A DNA stretch of 64,000 nucleotides from Vicugna vicugna. Its lineage: Eukaryota. The notes below the pieces were generated by a model. That model worked only from the letters and a program-made list of their open reading frames with translations, made no database searches and had not been told where the DNA came from. The position numbers and the translations under genes are program-made. The stretch covers positions 5,765,260-5,829,259 of the forward strand of contig MU058844.1 in the NCBI GenBank assembly GCA_013265495.1. Reading direction: 5' to 3'. Positions 27,190 through 40,157 of the stretch are shown in pieces (within the stretch, counting starts at the first letter, position 1; each line of letters begins with the position of its first letter).

Positions 27190-27420
27190 ATATATATTAT
27201 CAACTCCTAGATCTAGGTAACTAGGTATTCCATATATATTATCCTATTATTTTTTACAAAACTAAAAGATAAATATTATTATTACATGTTTTATATATAT
27301 ATATATATATGAACAAATGGAGGCTCAAAGAAAATTTATTACTAAAACAAAACTAAATATGTAGTAATGGGCCAAAATTTATGTGTTTCTAACACTCTGC
27401 TATTTTCCTCTACACCAGTA
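27190..27420 (-). mobile_element. MIR with internal (TA)n
   Basis: attattattacatgtttta...gaacaaatggaggctcaaaga...ttcctctacacca. Confidence 0.6.
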
Positions 27421-28469
27421 TTCCACATAAAAAGAATGAATGGTGAGATCTGGAAAGCTTGAGAGAGATCACTACAGTACTAATGAAAAGTAAAGGTTAT
27501 TTAGTGAATAACCACAGTTATTGCAATATGCAGCAAATGTAGAAGTAACATAGCCATAGTGGTACTAGTAATAATGCTACTAGTAATAGTAATACTAGCA
27601 AAGATGTGATGGTTGTGGTTGTTCTGGTAAGAATAATCATCATGGGTAATACTAATTACATCAACATATATGCAAAATAGTTTTAGTTCAGTGGTAAGAT
27701 TAATTCAGGTGGGGAAATATTTTTGAACAGTTTTACTGGAGTTTTATAAATTTAAAATGAACATTATATCCAGATAGTAATATAAATTTTAATATTAGAT
27801 AATGAATGTATTATTATAAACTCAATATGTGTTTCAAAGAAAAAACAATGAAGAACATTATTTCTGTGAGAGTCTAAATTAATAGGACAGCCTTGTATTT
27901 ACTTTTTTTATATATGAATTTCTATCAGCTTTCTTAATAAAAAAGAAGTTGACCCTGGAGAATTTTCTTATCTCAGGACACCATGTTCAAGGAAGCAATT
28001 TGTACTGAATGAGGCAAGTATTGCCTTGTATTTCCCACTTTTATAATATAGGGATATTATTTTTTGATATAGTTACCCTAAGAAACAAGAGTTCCAAAAC
28101 AAATCTTTGAATATAAAATGTAGTTTTGTCCTTGTAAAATTTCATTGTAAACCATTTTATTATATTTGGCCTGGAAATTATCATTCTCACATTTGTATAC
28201 TTCATATTCAATATAAATTTATGCAGTTTTTTCCTTTATTTTTGTTATAACAATCTCTAATATTTATTCACCAGAACTAGGTCAAGGGTATTAATCTTAT
28301 TGTAGACTAATTTTAAGTGTTTGACATTTTTGATGAAAACTATTCATTAAGGAAACATACAAGCCAAGAGGTCAGCCATCCCCTGGGCTCTCCTTTGGAA
28401 GGACTATAATTTTGTCATTACTGGTAATTGAAGTTACTTAGTAGCATATACCACTGATTTTCATAGCCG

Positions 28470-28770
28470 CTCAATTTAACATCCCCTTTCTTGTAAGAAA
28501 AAGGACTCTGATTCTGGAGTTCTTGACCCTTTTCAACATAGCACATGTGCTTTCAGTGCTATGTTGGACTCCCTCTTGCTTAAACCACTCAGCACAGCCT
28601 ATCCAATCTGATATAAGGATTTGTCCAGAAACCTTCTCATGGCCCACTGCATACTGACGAAGCAATGTTTGTAGAAAACTTCTGGAATCCTTCCAGAGAG
28701 ACACTTTCTCTCTCTAGATGGTGGAAATGCAGTTGTGAGGTCTGAAATTGCTACACCCATGTAACTGAAA
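28470..28770 (+). mobile_element. Degenerate MLT1J/K-like LTR fragment
   Basis: Weak motif similarity only. Confidence 0.3.
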
Positions 28771-29299
28771 TTGTGGGTGTCACTGGCGACCCTGACAATC
28801 AGTTCAAGTAATTATAGTGACAAACTCTTGATCAGCAAAAAAAGGCAAAGAGAGATATTTCCAACTGACTTCCCAAAATATCTAGTATATTTTCAGTTAA
28901 TTTTGGAGGGTTTTCCCAGTTTAACAAAAACAGTGGGCCTTTCTTCTCTTACTTAGGTTTCCTGATCCATACTGCATTGGTTATAACTTTCAGACAAATG
29001 TTAAATTTAGTGTTAAATGGGACATCTTTAGCTAGTTTCTGAAATTAAAGTAGATGCCTCTTCTGTTTTAGTATTCCTTAATACATTAGTTTTTATTTTA
29101 AGATAGTTGTTCTTTGTCATGTTAAGGAAGAATTGTGATATTCTAGCTTATTGAGTCTTTATTGGCAATACTGAATTTAATTTTATCTAATATCTTTTCA
29201 GTTTTTAACTTTCCCATAAGGTTTTTGTCCTTTGAGCTACCCATGTATTGTTGTAATAAATTATGTTAATAGCTTTCCTTCTATTAAGCTATTGTTTTG

Positions 29300-30170
29300 C
29301 ATACTCATTTATTCAAGTGAAAAAACTAAGGCCGTTGGCCTCATGGAGCTTACAATATAGTGGTGAAGAGGCCACATAAGTAAGTAAGAAATCAGTAAAG
29401 AGGAGCAGATATTGGGGAAAAAAAGTAAGAGTTTAGTTATGGACATTCTTGCTATAGAGACAAACAAGGCATAATAAGAGAAATAGAAAGAAAATTGTTG
29501 CTATTTTTGCAGGACACTAACAGTATGAATGAAGAGAAGGAGTAAGAAACGGATACACAGTGCAGGAACATTCAAGGCAGAGGGAGGCAAATTCAAAAGT
29601 CCTAACGAAGGAGCATGCATGGCTTGTTATGAAACAACAATGAGAGCAGAGTTACTGTAGCTTATTCAGCAGGAGAGAGGGGCAGGACAAGAGATCTGGG
29701 AGATGGAGTGGAGTGGTCCAGGTCACACAGGTCCTTGAGGGCCACTAGAGAATTTTTACCTTTATTCTGAATGAGATAAGGAACTGTTGAATGGATGAAT
29801 GACGGTCTAATCTATATTTAGGTTATTCTGACTACTGTACATGTTCTCAAGGCAAGGGATGAAGCACGAAGGCTAGTTTATAAAAAGTAACACAGGTGAG
29901 ACCCGTATAGGGGTATCTTGGAATAAAGTGGTGACTGGTGACTGAGGAGTTGTGAGAAATGGTCAGAATTCGGATGCATTTTGCAAATGGACCTAACATG
30001 CCCTTTTGATAAATATGTGATGTGAGAGAACTAGAAGAGTCAAGATGACACCATCATTTTTGCTTGAGCAGTTGATAGAATGGAGATTAACCAACAAAGA
30101 AGGGGAAAACTTGGGAGAAAAATAAGAGTTTAGTTATGGACATTATTAAAGATGACTCAGAAAAACGAGA
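29300..30170 (-). mobile_element. L2 LINE
   Basis: cctcatggagcttacaat, ttttattctgaatgagataagga, gagaaatggtcagaattcggat, agagtcaagatgacacc. Confidence 0.85.
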
Positions 30171-30454
30171 GGAATTGTCAATTAAATATTTACATAGATG
30201 ATATAAAAATAACCTTGGAATAAACTCCACTTGCTCAGTGCACATAATTCTTTGACTTAGTGCCTTATTTAAATGCAGTGGTGATTAATTTAGAATTTCA
30301 AAATCTGTATTTCTAAATGTAGATGTTATTTTATCTCTATTTTATTGGTCCATTTATTATTTTGTTTCTTTTTACCTAGTTCATTATTTAGGATATACTA
30401 AGGACCTGTAACCAATATAGATTCTCTTTGACCTGATATTTCAGACAGTGATAT

Positions 30455-30459
<5 letters not shown>

Positions 30460-30524
<65 letters not shown>
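30460..30524. repeat. Compound (TC)n(TA)n(TG)n microsatellite
   Basis: Directly visible. Confidence 0.97.
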
Positions 30525-30599
30525 GTTTTGATTGTTTAAAATTGTGTTATTACTCATCTTTATCACCATAACAGAAACTGTGATGTGTTATTTCTGTTA

Positions 30600-31600
30600 C
30601 ATTTGACTTGGTGATCAAGTTTTGAAAATATTTTGTGGCTTCTGCAATAAAAAATTTTCTTCTTGGTGTGTAGCATGCCAGGTGTAATACAACCATTAAA
30701 TGGCCTTTTTAAATTATGTTATTCAAATTCTCTGTATTCTTTTTTAATCTGTCAAGAACTAATGAATTGTGACTAGAGTTCTCCTCTATACTTGCTTTTG
30801 TTAATTTTCTTTTTATTTTTTTAATATCTATTGTTCCTTACTGCTTTACAATTTTTATAGCTTCCACGTATGTTTTATTTATTAAAATTTTAAGACACTT
30901 CCATTTATTTTTCCTAAGTATTCCTTATTAAATATTAAATATTAATTGTGAATTCTATAAAGGATTTTTAAAGAAAGACTTGTTTAAAGTTAATTTTAAA
31001 ATATTATTCCACTTTGTCCCTAGAAAACGGCACATAGTTAAATTTTTCTTGGTGATCCAAACTGGAAATCTGTCTTTTCATGTGTAATTTTATCCAGTTC
31101 CTGGAGAGCCATAACTAATAGCGTCAATCTTCCTATTAAATACTTTCTATTTTTTAGCTTATTTTCTCATTCTTTTGTTTTCAGTTATTGCTATATAGAA
31201 TACATTTTCTTTGAATGAATGAATGAATTTTTTTTTTCTGATTTCCAGTAAAACGGTCAGGCTCATGTTCAATTTCTTTTTTAACCTATAAAACTGTCAT
31301 TCATTGCCTCTATATAGAGTGATTATTATTTTGACATTAATTTTTCTGTCTCCATGAACCCTTTCCTATTTTAAGATTACAGTTCATCACTTACAGTTTG
31401 CTCTAAATTTCTTGGTATGGTGTTCTCTCCAATCGTGTTTTCAAAAACAATTGGGTGTTTTTCAAAAATGCTCTCCTGTTTTCTGCAGTAATTCAATTTC
31501 ATAGGAAAAAATCCATTCTCTTTCCATAGGGTAGCCCTTTTGTTGTATATCTGGTAATTTCTCCCTGTTTGCTTATCTTTCTTTGTTGTTTGTCCTTACC
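30600..31600 (-). mobile_element. Highly decayed L1M/HAL1-like sequence
   Basis: Strong T bias and weak L1 antisense motifs (atccaaactggaaatctgtctttt). Confidence 0.4.
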
Positions 31601-34600
31601 CTTGCTTATTATGTGATGTAATATACTGAGCCGTTTGATAACATGTTATACAGATGGAGAAAGGAAAAGTGGGAATTGTTACTTTGTTGGTTGAACCTCA
31701 TCAATGCAAGGATGCAGCAACATGAGAATGAATGAGACCCAAAGGCAACCTCGGACAGGGAACTTTTACTTTTGCTACAAAACTCTGCCCTGGGTGTAAC
31801 GTGACAGTCTAGAATTACCACATGCGAAACGTTGTTTATTTTTTGATAGGTGCGGTTGTTTATGTCCAACGTACATGGGGTAATCCTGCTTGGTGTGATC
31901 TGCAGTATCTGATACGTGCTGGTGCGATTCAGATTGTCATTCAGCCCTCTTACATACACCAGGAACACTGTCATACCCAGCCTTCATCCTCCCAGGTGAG
32001 GTACTTAATCAGTTTTGCTTTGAATCCAGCCCACATTCCCAATAACGCTTGCCATGCAAATAGGGAGTTGTGTGTTGTGTAAATCCATTCCTCATTCTGG
32101 TCACATCTATGCTTTCTTTTGTAGAAATTCCTTCAAGTATATAGGCTATGGATATCATCTCTTCCCAGTTCTTAGAGATAATACATTTTTTTCCCCAAAA
32201 AACTCAGAGAATAAAAATGGTCCCAAAGATAGACCATAAAAATGGTACCTCACTCCCAAAGGGACATTTGTTTCAGCATTATGTCTCCTCTGTGTCTGGT
32301 AAAGATAGTGTACCAGGGGGAATATATTAGATTTACTGTCTGATCCTGTCTCTCTATGCCAGGTAGAAACTGTAAGTCTTCCAAAATTTCATCCTAATGC
32401 CTAGTAACTTTGTTCAGCTTCCTGAATAGTGTATCTGCTATAAGAACACAGACACTACTATTTCAAAAAATAACTAACAAAGTGATATGCAGCTCAAATT
32501 TTATGAGCCACATCTGTTCCACTGGCCATTAGCACTTTCCCTCTAAATTAGCGTTGTTTTTGTGAGCTTCGTCAGCATAACACTTATTTCTTAGCTATGC
32601 TGTTGCTTCTCGAGATAGAATATTATTCTCAGAAATCCTTTATTCTTCACGCTTCTTCCATTATTTTACTTCTCTCAAAAGCACCTCAAATTTTCTGGAT
32701 TGTGAAATATATCTTTCATTAATGTACAGTGCTTTTCTGGCTTTTCCACTTCCCAAATTTGGGGAGTGACTCAAACTCAAAGTGAAATTTAAGGGTAGTA
32801 ATGGGACTTTTATTTCACTTTATCTCAGTTATCGGGGGACTCAGTAATTAAAATGCACCTATGAAGAGACTATCTAGTACTGTTGAAATAGGTAGCATGA
32901 CTGTCCTTTCTATTTATTTTTAAAAAGAAACTGATTGAAGTATTTCAAAAATTTCTTAGATGCCTCGAAGATTTAACAAGATAACAAAGATAACATGATA
33001 ATTTAACAAAGAATTATGTGAGGACAAGTGCTTTACCTTTATTGGCTCATATAACTGAGCCTAGCGTAGAGTAGCTGTTGTCATTAAATATTTGTAAAAT
33101 GAATGGCCTAATTATGCTGGAAGACTGGCTTAAACCTGAATTTAACTAACAGCAGTGAGATCTTACTGGGCACCCTTCCCCAAAATATATTTTAATGCAG
33201 CTATCAAGTCATTATGAATCTCACTTTCTTTTTGCAGTTAGCTTGAAATATGTAAAAATAAAAGTATGTTCATGGGGACACAAATTATACAACTTTGATG
33301 CTGTATTATGTCTGAATACTTTATCTTGGGCTGATTTGATCTGAAAATTTCACAGATGGTCACTACGTTTTCCTCCTGGCAAAATGAGACCATAAACGTA
33401 GTCTAGTCAAAATCATTGTCTCATTTCTCTACACATTTCAAGATCATGCCAGAGTATTTTGCCATCACTTCAGGTATTTTAAGACATCATTGATAGAAAA
33501 TCGGAGTTTTCTCATTATTAACTATTACCAAAACTCATTCAAACAGAATAATGTGTAAAGGATGGCAAGGACAACGTACACCTTTGGGTATGTGTTATTG
33601 TGTGGGGGACACAAGTTGAAGATTGACTGTTTTACCTGTGTCGTGCTCAGGACTGGCATTTTGGCTGACTGACTTCTTCCGTAACTGGACACATACAACT
33701 GTTTCACTGCTACAGTTATGATGAAGAAGAGTACTATCATTTTGTGCAAATTCACACACAAACATGCACATGGACACACACACGCACTAGAAGAACTTTC
33801 TTCTATTTCTGTTTATACCTGTTTAGTGTTTTGTTTATTCCCCTTTTACACACTTTATAGCATCTCCTAGCGGATGAATTGAAAGCTTCTTGGAAGCACT
33901 TCCATATAACTGCATCATCTTGCAGTGTTTATAGTTCTGTAGTGCAATGTTTACTTTCTTAATTTATGTAATTAACTTGATGAAATGCTTGCACGCTACT
34001 TTAGAGATGTTATGGATTAATTATTTAATTAGTTATAACTCAGATAAGATGAAAAGTACCATATAAATTTTAAACACTTCAATTATAACAACTTCTTGCA
34101 TAGCTATAATTATAAAAAGGATATAAGAAAATATGAAGTTGTCACATTAAAATATAGAAAATGGAGAACAACAGTAACAATGACAAGAGGGTATTCAATT
34201 TTACATCTTAGGATAATGAAAGGAAAAATGGCAGGGAAAAAAGTGATTGTGTTTCTACAGGGCCTACTAAATTCCTAAATTTTTATTTGTATGTGAAAAA
34301 GTGGTATAATGCATATTTTTGCTAATAGAAAGCATTCATTTAAAAAATAAATGCATTTAATTAAGTCTTCATGATTCATAACTTACAAACTTGAGTTTCC
34401 AAATTATTACAACAATTATATTGACTTTTGGGAAACATGGTATTGATTTTGTAATAGCTATGAACAATGACATGGTACCTCAACATTTTATAATTATAAT
34501 AGCAGTTTGAAGATTGTAGCTGTGTTGCCAAATTTTTCCATTATTACTGAGCAATTTCAATAAAATTAGCTGACAAAGAATTAAAAAGAAATACATCCCT

Positions 34601-35234
34601 ATTAGGGTCTTACATGCCTCAATGCATTATTCATTTGTTTTTGAACATGACATTTATAATCACAATTGTAAAATATTCTTAAAAGTAACAATTCATATAA
34701 CCCTTGAGGGAAAATGCTGTCTCAAAGCATAGATAGTTTCATTAATTATGTGGGGTCAATTGTTTACAGATGCACAGAAGGTTAAAATGTGACCTACTTT
34801 TAACATAACTTTTCTTGTAAATATGTAGTCTATTATCTCTTACCTACTTTCTTCTGTAAAGAAAACAATCAAGTGATTTCTAAAATGCCCTCCTGTTCTC
34901 TACAATAATTCTATTTCAGAGGGGAAAAAAGAAGATCTGTTCTCCTTCCACAGGGTAGCACCTTTGTTGAATACCTGGTAATTTTCTGCTGGTGAAGAGT
35001 TGCAACTTTCCATTCTGGTGGCTGAAGTTTGTCTTTTGCTTGCCAGTTGTCATATTTAGTTATGTAAGTCAAAACCACTGGACAGCTGTTCATCTCTCGC
35101 ACCACTAGGAACATTATGATCGATTAAACATCATCACAGATTCCTGTAGTTCAAGGCCCTTTGATTGTCATTCTGCCCATATGCCCACTACAGTAATTAA
35201 GTCCACCTTAGCCCTGATAAATAAGCAGCAGCAC

Positions 35235-35600
35235 ATGACTAGGGAGCACAGAACAGAGGAGGAAGAGTCAGTGAAGAGGTACATTTATTACATTGCTGCC
35301 GCACTAGGTAACTGGGATAAATTCCACAGGGACCTTCTGATGAACCAAACAGAATGAAGTCTCAAAAGGCAGTAAAATTGCTTGTTGGCATTTATTGTTA
35401 GAGCTCCCTATTCTACAACGTCATCGTCTTTTATCTGGGCTACTTACTTTAGCAGCTTCTGAATAATCCCCTTGCTTGGTGTTACCCTGTACCCTCCCCC
35501 ACCCCGGCCACAGAGAAGCCGGAGGGCCTGTGAGTGTGTAAATCAGCTTGTGTCCTGCTTCTGCGCCTACACTTGCTTCCCGCTGTAAGTAAAGTGAAAG
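35235..35600 (-). mobile_element. LTR33-like ERVL LTR fragment
   Basis: ggtaactggga...gggaccttctga...gtctcaaaa...ggcatttatt...ctccc follows the recalled LTR33 motif order. Confidence 0.5.
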
Positions 35601-35800
35601 GCACACTCTTTATCGTGCCCTCTGAGACCCTGTGTGACTGGGCCCCGGGCTGCCAGTTCAGTCTCATGATCAGCCTTCTTGCTGCAATGCCCTGGTCACA
35701 GAAGCCTTCTTGTCATTTCTTTGACATATTTAGCCTATTTCTTTCCTGGAGATGTTTTTACTACCTGGAATATCATTGCCCAATTTTTTCATGTGGTTAC

Positions 35801-36187
35801 TGTTATAGGCTAAAATGTATCCCTTCAAAATTCATATGTAGAAGCCCTACCCTTCAGAACCATAGAATGTGACTGTACTTGAACACAGGGCCTTTAAAGG
35901 GGTCATTAAAGTTAAAGGAGCTCGTTAGGGTAGGCTCTTTGTAATACGACTGGTGTCCTTAGGAAAAGAGGAAATTTGGACCCAGACGCACACAGAGGGA
36001 AGACTTAGTGAGGACACAAGGAGAAGTTATCCATCTAGATGCCAAGGAGAGAGGCCTCAGAAGATGCCAACCCTGCTGACACCTTCATCTTGAACTTCCA
36101 GCCTCCAGAGCTGGGAAGAAATAGAATTCTGTTGTTCAAGCCCCCCAGTCTTTGGCACTCAGCTAGGGCAGCCCTCACAAACTAATA
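35801..36187 (+). mobile_element. MLT1B-type MaLR solo LTR with TSD, inserted in L2
   Basis: tgttataggctaaaatgtatccc, gactggtgtcctta, ttccagcctccaga. TSD GTTAC at 35796-35800 and 36188-36192. The terminal CA is lost. Confidence 0.92.
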
Positions 36188-36192
36188 GTTAC

Positions 36193-36333
36193 CTACTCAT
36201 TATTCTAGTGTCATCCTGGATGTCGCCTCCTCAGAAAGTCCTTCTTTAAGTGCAATGGCCAAGGCAGCCATATACCCTAGTCACAACTTTTCTTATTACC
36301 CTGTTGTCTTTGACAACATGTTAATACAATCTT

Positions 36334-36376
<43 letters not shown>

Positions 36377-36500
36377 TTTGCTGCTGTTAATGTGTTTATT
36401 TTATGAACCACTCTAAGCTCTTTAAGGGAAAGACTTTGTCTTTTTCACTAAATCCTGTCGTGTGGTAGGTACTCAGTAAGTAAAGGCTGAATAAATACCA
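36193..36500 (+). mobile_element. L2 3' end containing (TTTA)n at about 36333-36379
   Basis: cctcctcagaaagtccttc, taagctctttaagggaaagactttgtc, gtaggtactcagtaa. Confidence 0.75.
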
Positions 36501-37529
36501 TGTTACAAAACCGCTGCTCTGTTCTTCTACCACATCACTTGTCATGTTTTCTTCCCTGTGATAAACGTCTTCAATTTAGTCTTCCTTCTAATGTCATTCT
36601 TTTTAGAAGTCTTGGCATTTTGTTTACATTCCTTTCAAAATAAAAGGCTTAAAATAAATTATTCTAAGTTGACTTTGACCATCAGGGTTATCATTTATCA
36701 TGATCTAGATTAATTAGCATTACTCAGACTTTTATTTACCTTTTTTACAACAAGTGTTAAAGGTCTTTATAATCAATCGAAGCTTGGTGGCATTTTATTT
36801 TCACATAAACTTAAACATTTTCCTAGTCTATTTTAGTATTGTTTTCTTTTTAATCTAAATGTAAGACTTATTTGTATCATTAAACTAAACTTAGTTTTAG
36901 CCCAAATCTGAAGTATTTGACTTAAATGATTAATAATTTTTCTTGAAATTTGCCACTCCCACTTTTCCCACTCCTGAATCACATTATTCTTAATCTCATT
37001 TTATGACCCCTCTTCCTTATCCATTAAATACAGATATCTCCAAGTTGCCATACTCAACCTTCTCTCCTTTACCTATATTATATTTTTGGATAAACTAACT
37101 CCCTTATCTTTAACTATTTTAGAAATTTGGCAGATACATGCTAAATTTGTATCTCATCCTTCCATTGTTTAGTGGTGTCAAGAAAATTTTACTGAAATGT
37201 GACCTATTCCCCAAATCTTTAATATTTGCTACCATGGACATTCCTGATTTTTTCTACTTGTATAATTTCCTCCATAAAACAGGAATGTTAGCAAATAGTA
37301 AAGTGGGTGAATTCTGTGAAGTCATCTGCTATCTCCTGGAGTGGACTCAAAGAAATTTACAAAGTCTGGTTAGTCTCAACTACCTTCGTAAATCTCCATA
37401 GCTTTCTTGTCACCAAACATCACAATATTTCCTTAGGATGGGTAACAGACTTCATAACTTCTACTAGTGTCTTTAAGACCATGATAAAGGAAGAAGAGGA
37501 TGGGGTGGGAAGGAGAGAGAAATTGAAAA

Positions 37530-37760
37530 GTAGGCCTTTTAAAGTCAGAGAGATAGGGGTTCAAAATCCTAGCTGTCTGATAACAGCTCTTTTGCCTTGG
37601 GCACCCAAGAGAATTATTCTAAAATTATTTCTGTATTTCTAATATGGCAAAAGTAAAATAAACTGGCATGGGAATTACTATGAAAGTTATGGATAAGTTA
37701 AAGCATTTAACATAGCATCTGAAAAAATCGTAGATTCCTAATACATGGTAGTTGTCATGA
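37530..37760 (+). mobile_element. MIR SINE
   Basis: aagtcagaga...gggttcaaaatcctagct...ccttgggca...aaagcatttaacatag. Confidence 0.7.
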
Positions 37761-37769
37761 CTTTTTTAT

Positions 37770-38480
37770 GTTGAATAGAATCAAAGGAGCCCATATTGAA
37801 CAGGTCATTTAATGTTCCTGCTTGTCATATCTGCGCTATTATAACCTCATGCTGCGTGCCATGATCAAAAATCTCTGCTGAAGAGTTGACACATTTTGGT
37901 TGGCATGCATTGTAGAACGTGGCCTCTCTGCCCTGATCACTCTAAGAACTGACACGCATAACATGACCCATTGATCTAGGAGGCATACCAAAATCCTGAA
38001 GTCATACTTTATACCTTTGGATATAGATATAAAGCTCTTCTTTGGATTTTGAAAGCAAAAGAATATGAAAAGAAAAAGAGGCTGTATTAGAGGCCAAGAA
38101 AAGGGGAGGCACAGTAAGAAGTATTAGTAAAAAATTTAAAATAAACCATGAAGCAACTGAACCCATAAAGAGAGTAGAAGACATAATTAGGCAGGGATGC
38201 CCAATGAGAAAGAAGACTTGGAGAAAAACAGACACAGAGCACATAGGGAAAATCCAACTCACAAGCTTAGCAGTCTGTGGGCATGTTTGCAAGTCAACAG
38301 CATACTTTAGACTACAAAAATTCCTGTTGGATTTTGAATTGTGAAGGAATGATATTTCATTTTCTCATGAGATTTAGCTGTGAGTTTGCTGAGATTGTTC
38401 ATATGTCTCTTGCTTCCCTGGGCAGTTTTTAAATCCATTATCTGAACTAACATGGATGCATTTCTGTTTCTTGAAGTGTG
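37770..38480 (+). mobile_element. Possible ancient LTR (MaLR/ERVL-like)
   Basis: Purine-rich middle and an LTR-like 3' end (tgaactaacatggatgcatttctgtttcttg). Family not resolved. Confidence 0.3.
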
Positions 38481-39556
38481 ATAGATACATCTTAATAAAA
38501 ACAGAATAATTCAAAATCAACTAGTCTATATATCTTAGTTTACTAATGAGCCATTGCTTTTATGCCTGCTCACCCAGTTGGCTGGACGCAGACAAGATTA
38601 AACCTGGTTTCTGCTCTACCTCAATGCTCTTTCTGCTCTGTCTTCTTGCCACCTTAACCTTTTCACAGTGCCCAGAGACTCCAAAGTTAAACACCACATT
38701 GCTCTCTTGGTTTCATGCTCTACTTCTCCTTGTTTTAGTTTTGATTTCCTTTTTTCCACTTTTACATTTTTTTCTGTATTATTTCTTTTGTCTTATTTGA
38801 AGAGTTCACATACTCAAAAGTAAATTTTGGCATTAAAAAAAAAAAACCTACAAATCTCGTCTAGCTGAAAGAACAACTTGCTGTTGAGTACTTGTGATTA
38901 ATCATCAGCTTAGAGAGCAAAGCAGATATTGCACAATATCTAGAGTTTGTGAAAATATTACCTATCCATCAATATTGCTGAAGTCACTCTAGAATGACTG
39001 ATGATCTTTAAGTGTTATTTCTCAGAATTTCCTTTAAAAATGCATGAATTTATTTTACCATCCTCTGAATCTAAATCTTAAAATGTTTTCATTCGTTTTA
39101 TTTGCTGAATAATACCTAAATAAGAAGGTAAAGAATTTGGTTAGCAGCCAATCAAGGATACATATTTCCTATACTTTACCAATCACTGTTAATTCCACAG
39201 GGTCTCACTGTATCATGTTCAGATTATTACAGTGGTTTTGGTTTTCTTGTTTCTAGCCTCATCCTACTCAATTAAATTTTTCTGTGTACTTCTAGGCAAA
39301 TGACTACCAGTACAATGCAATGTGCTTCCACTGGCTCCTAATTTCCCCCCAATACCTCTGCATTTAATCCCCTTCATAAGCATTTCTATCCTTACCTTTC
39401 TCTTTAAATATCATCATATGATGTTCCACAATGTATGCTTTGTTTCAAAAAGGTTCCTATCTCTTTTGTCACTCACACATGCCATCTTTATTTCTTTCAC
39501 ACGTCCTTACTCTGTTTCCTCCTATTTGGGGAGGCCCATCTAGTTCATTAATTATT

Positions 39557-40157
39557 TTTTTAACATTTTTTATTGATTTATAATCATTTTACAATGTTGT
39601 GTCAAATTCCAGTGTTCAGCACAATTTTTCAGTCATTCATGGACATATACACACTCATTGTCACTTTTTTTTCTCTGTGATGTATCATAACATTTTGTGT
39701 ATATTTCCCTGTGCTATACAGTGTAATCTTGTTTATCTATTCTACAATTTTGAAATCCCAGTCTATCCCTTCCCACCCACTACCCCCCTGTAACCACAAG
39801 TCTGTATTCTCTGTCCATGAGTCTTTAGATTCCACATATGAGCGATCTCATATGGTATTTTTCTTTCTCTTTCTGGCTTACTTCACTTAGAATGACATTC
39901 TCTAGGAGCATCCATGTTGCTGCAAATGGCGTTATGTTGTCGGTTTTTATGGCTGAGTAGTATTCCATTGTATAAATATACCACCTCTTCTTTATCCAGT
40001 CACCTGTTGATGGACATTTAGGCTGTTTCCATGTTTTGGCTATTGTAAATAGTGCTGCTATGAACATTGGGGTGCAGGTGTCATCCTGAAGTAGATTTCC
40101 TTCTGGATACAAGCCCAGGAGTGGGATTCCTGGGTCATATGGTAAGTCTATTCCTAA
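39557..40157 (-). mobile_element. Young 5'-truncated L1 with 16-bp TSD
   Basis: Open ORF2 C-terminus (TCTPMFIAALFTIAKTWKQPKCP...LSEVSQKEKEKYHM). Perfect TSD TAGTTCATTAATTATT at 39541-39556 and 40158-40173. Confidence 0.97.
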
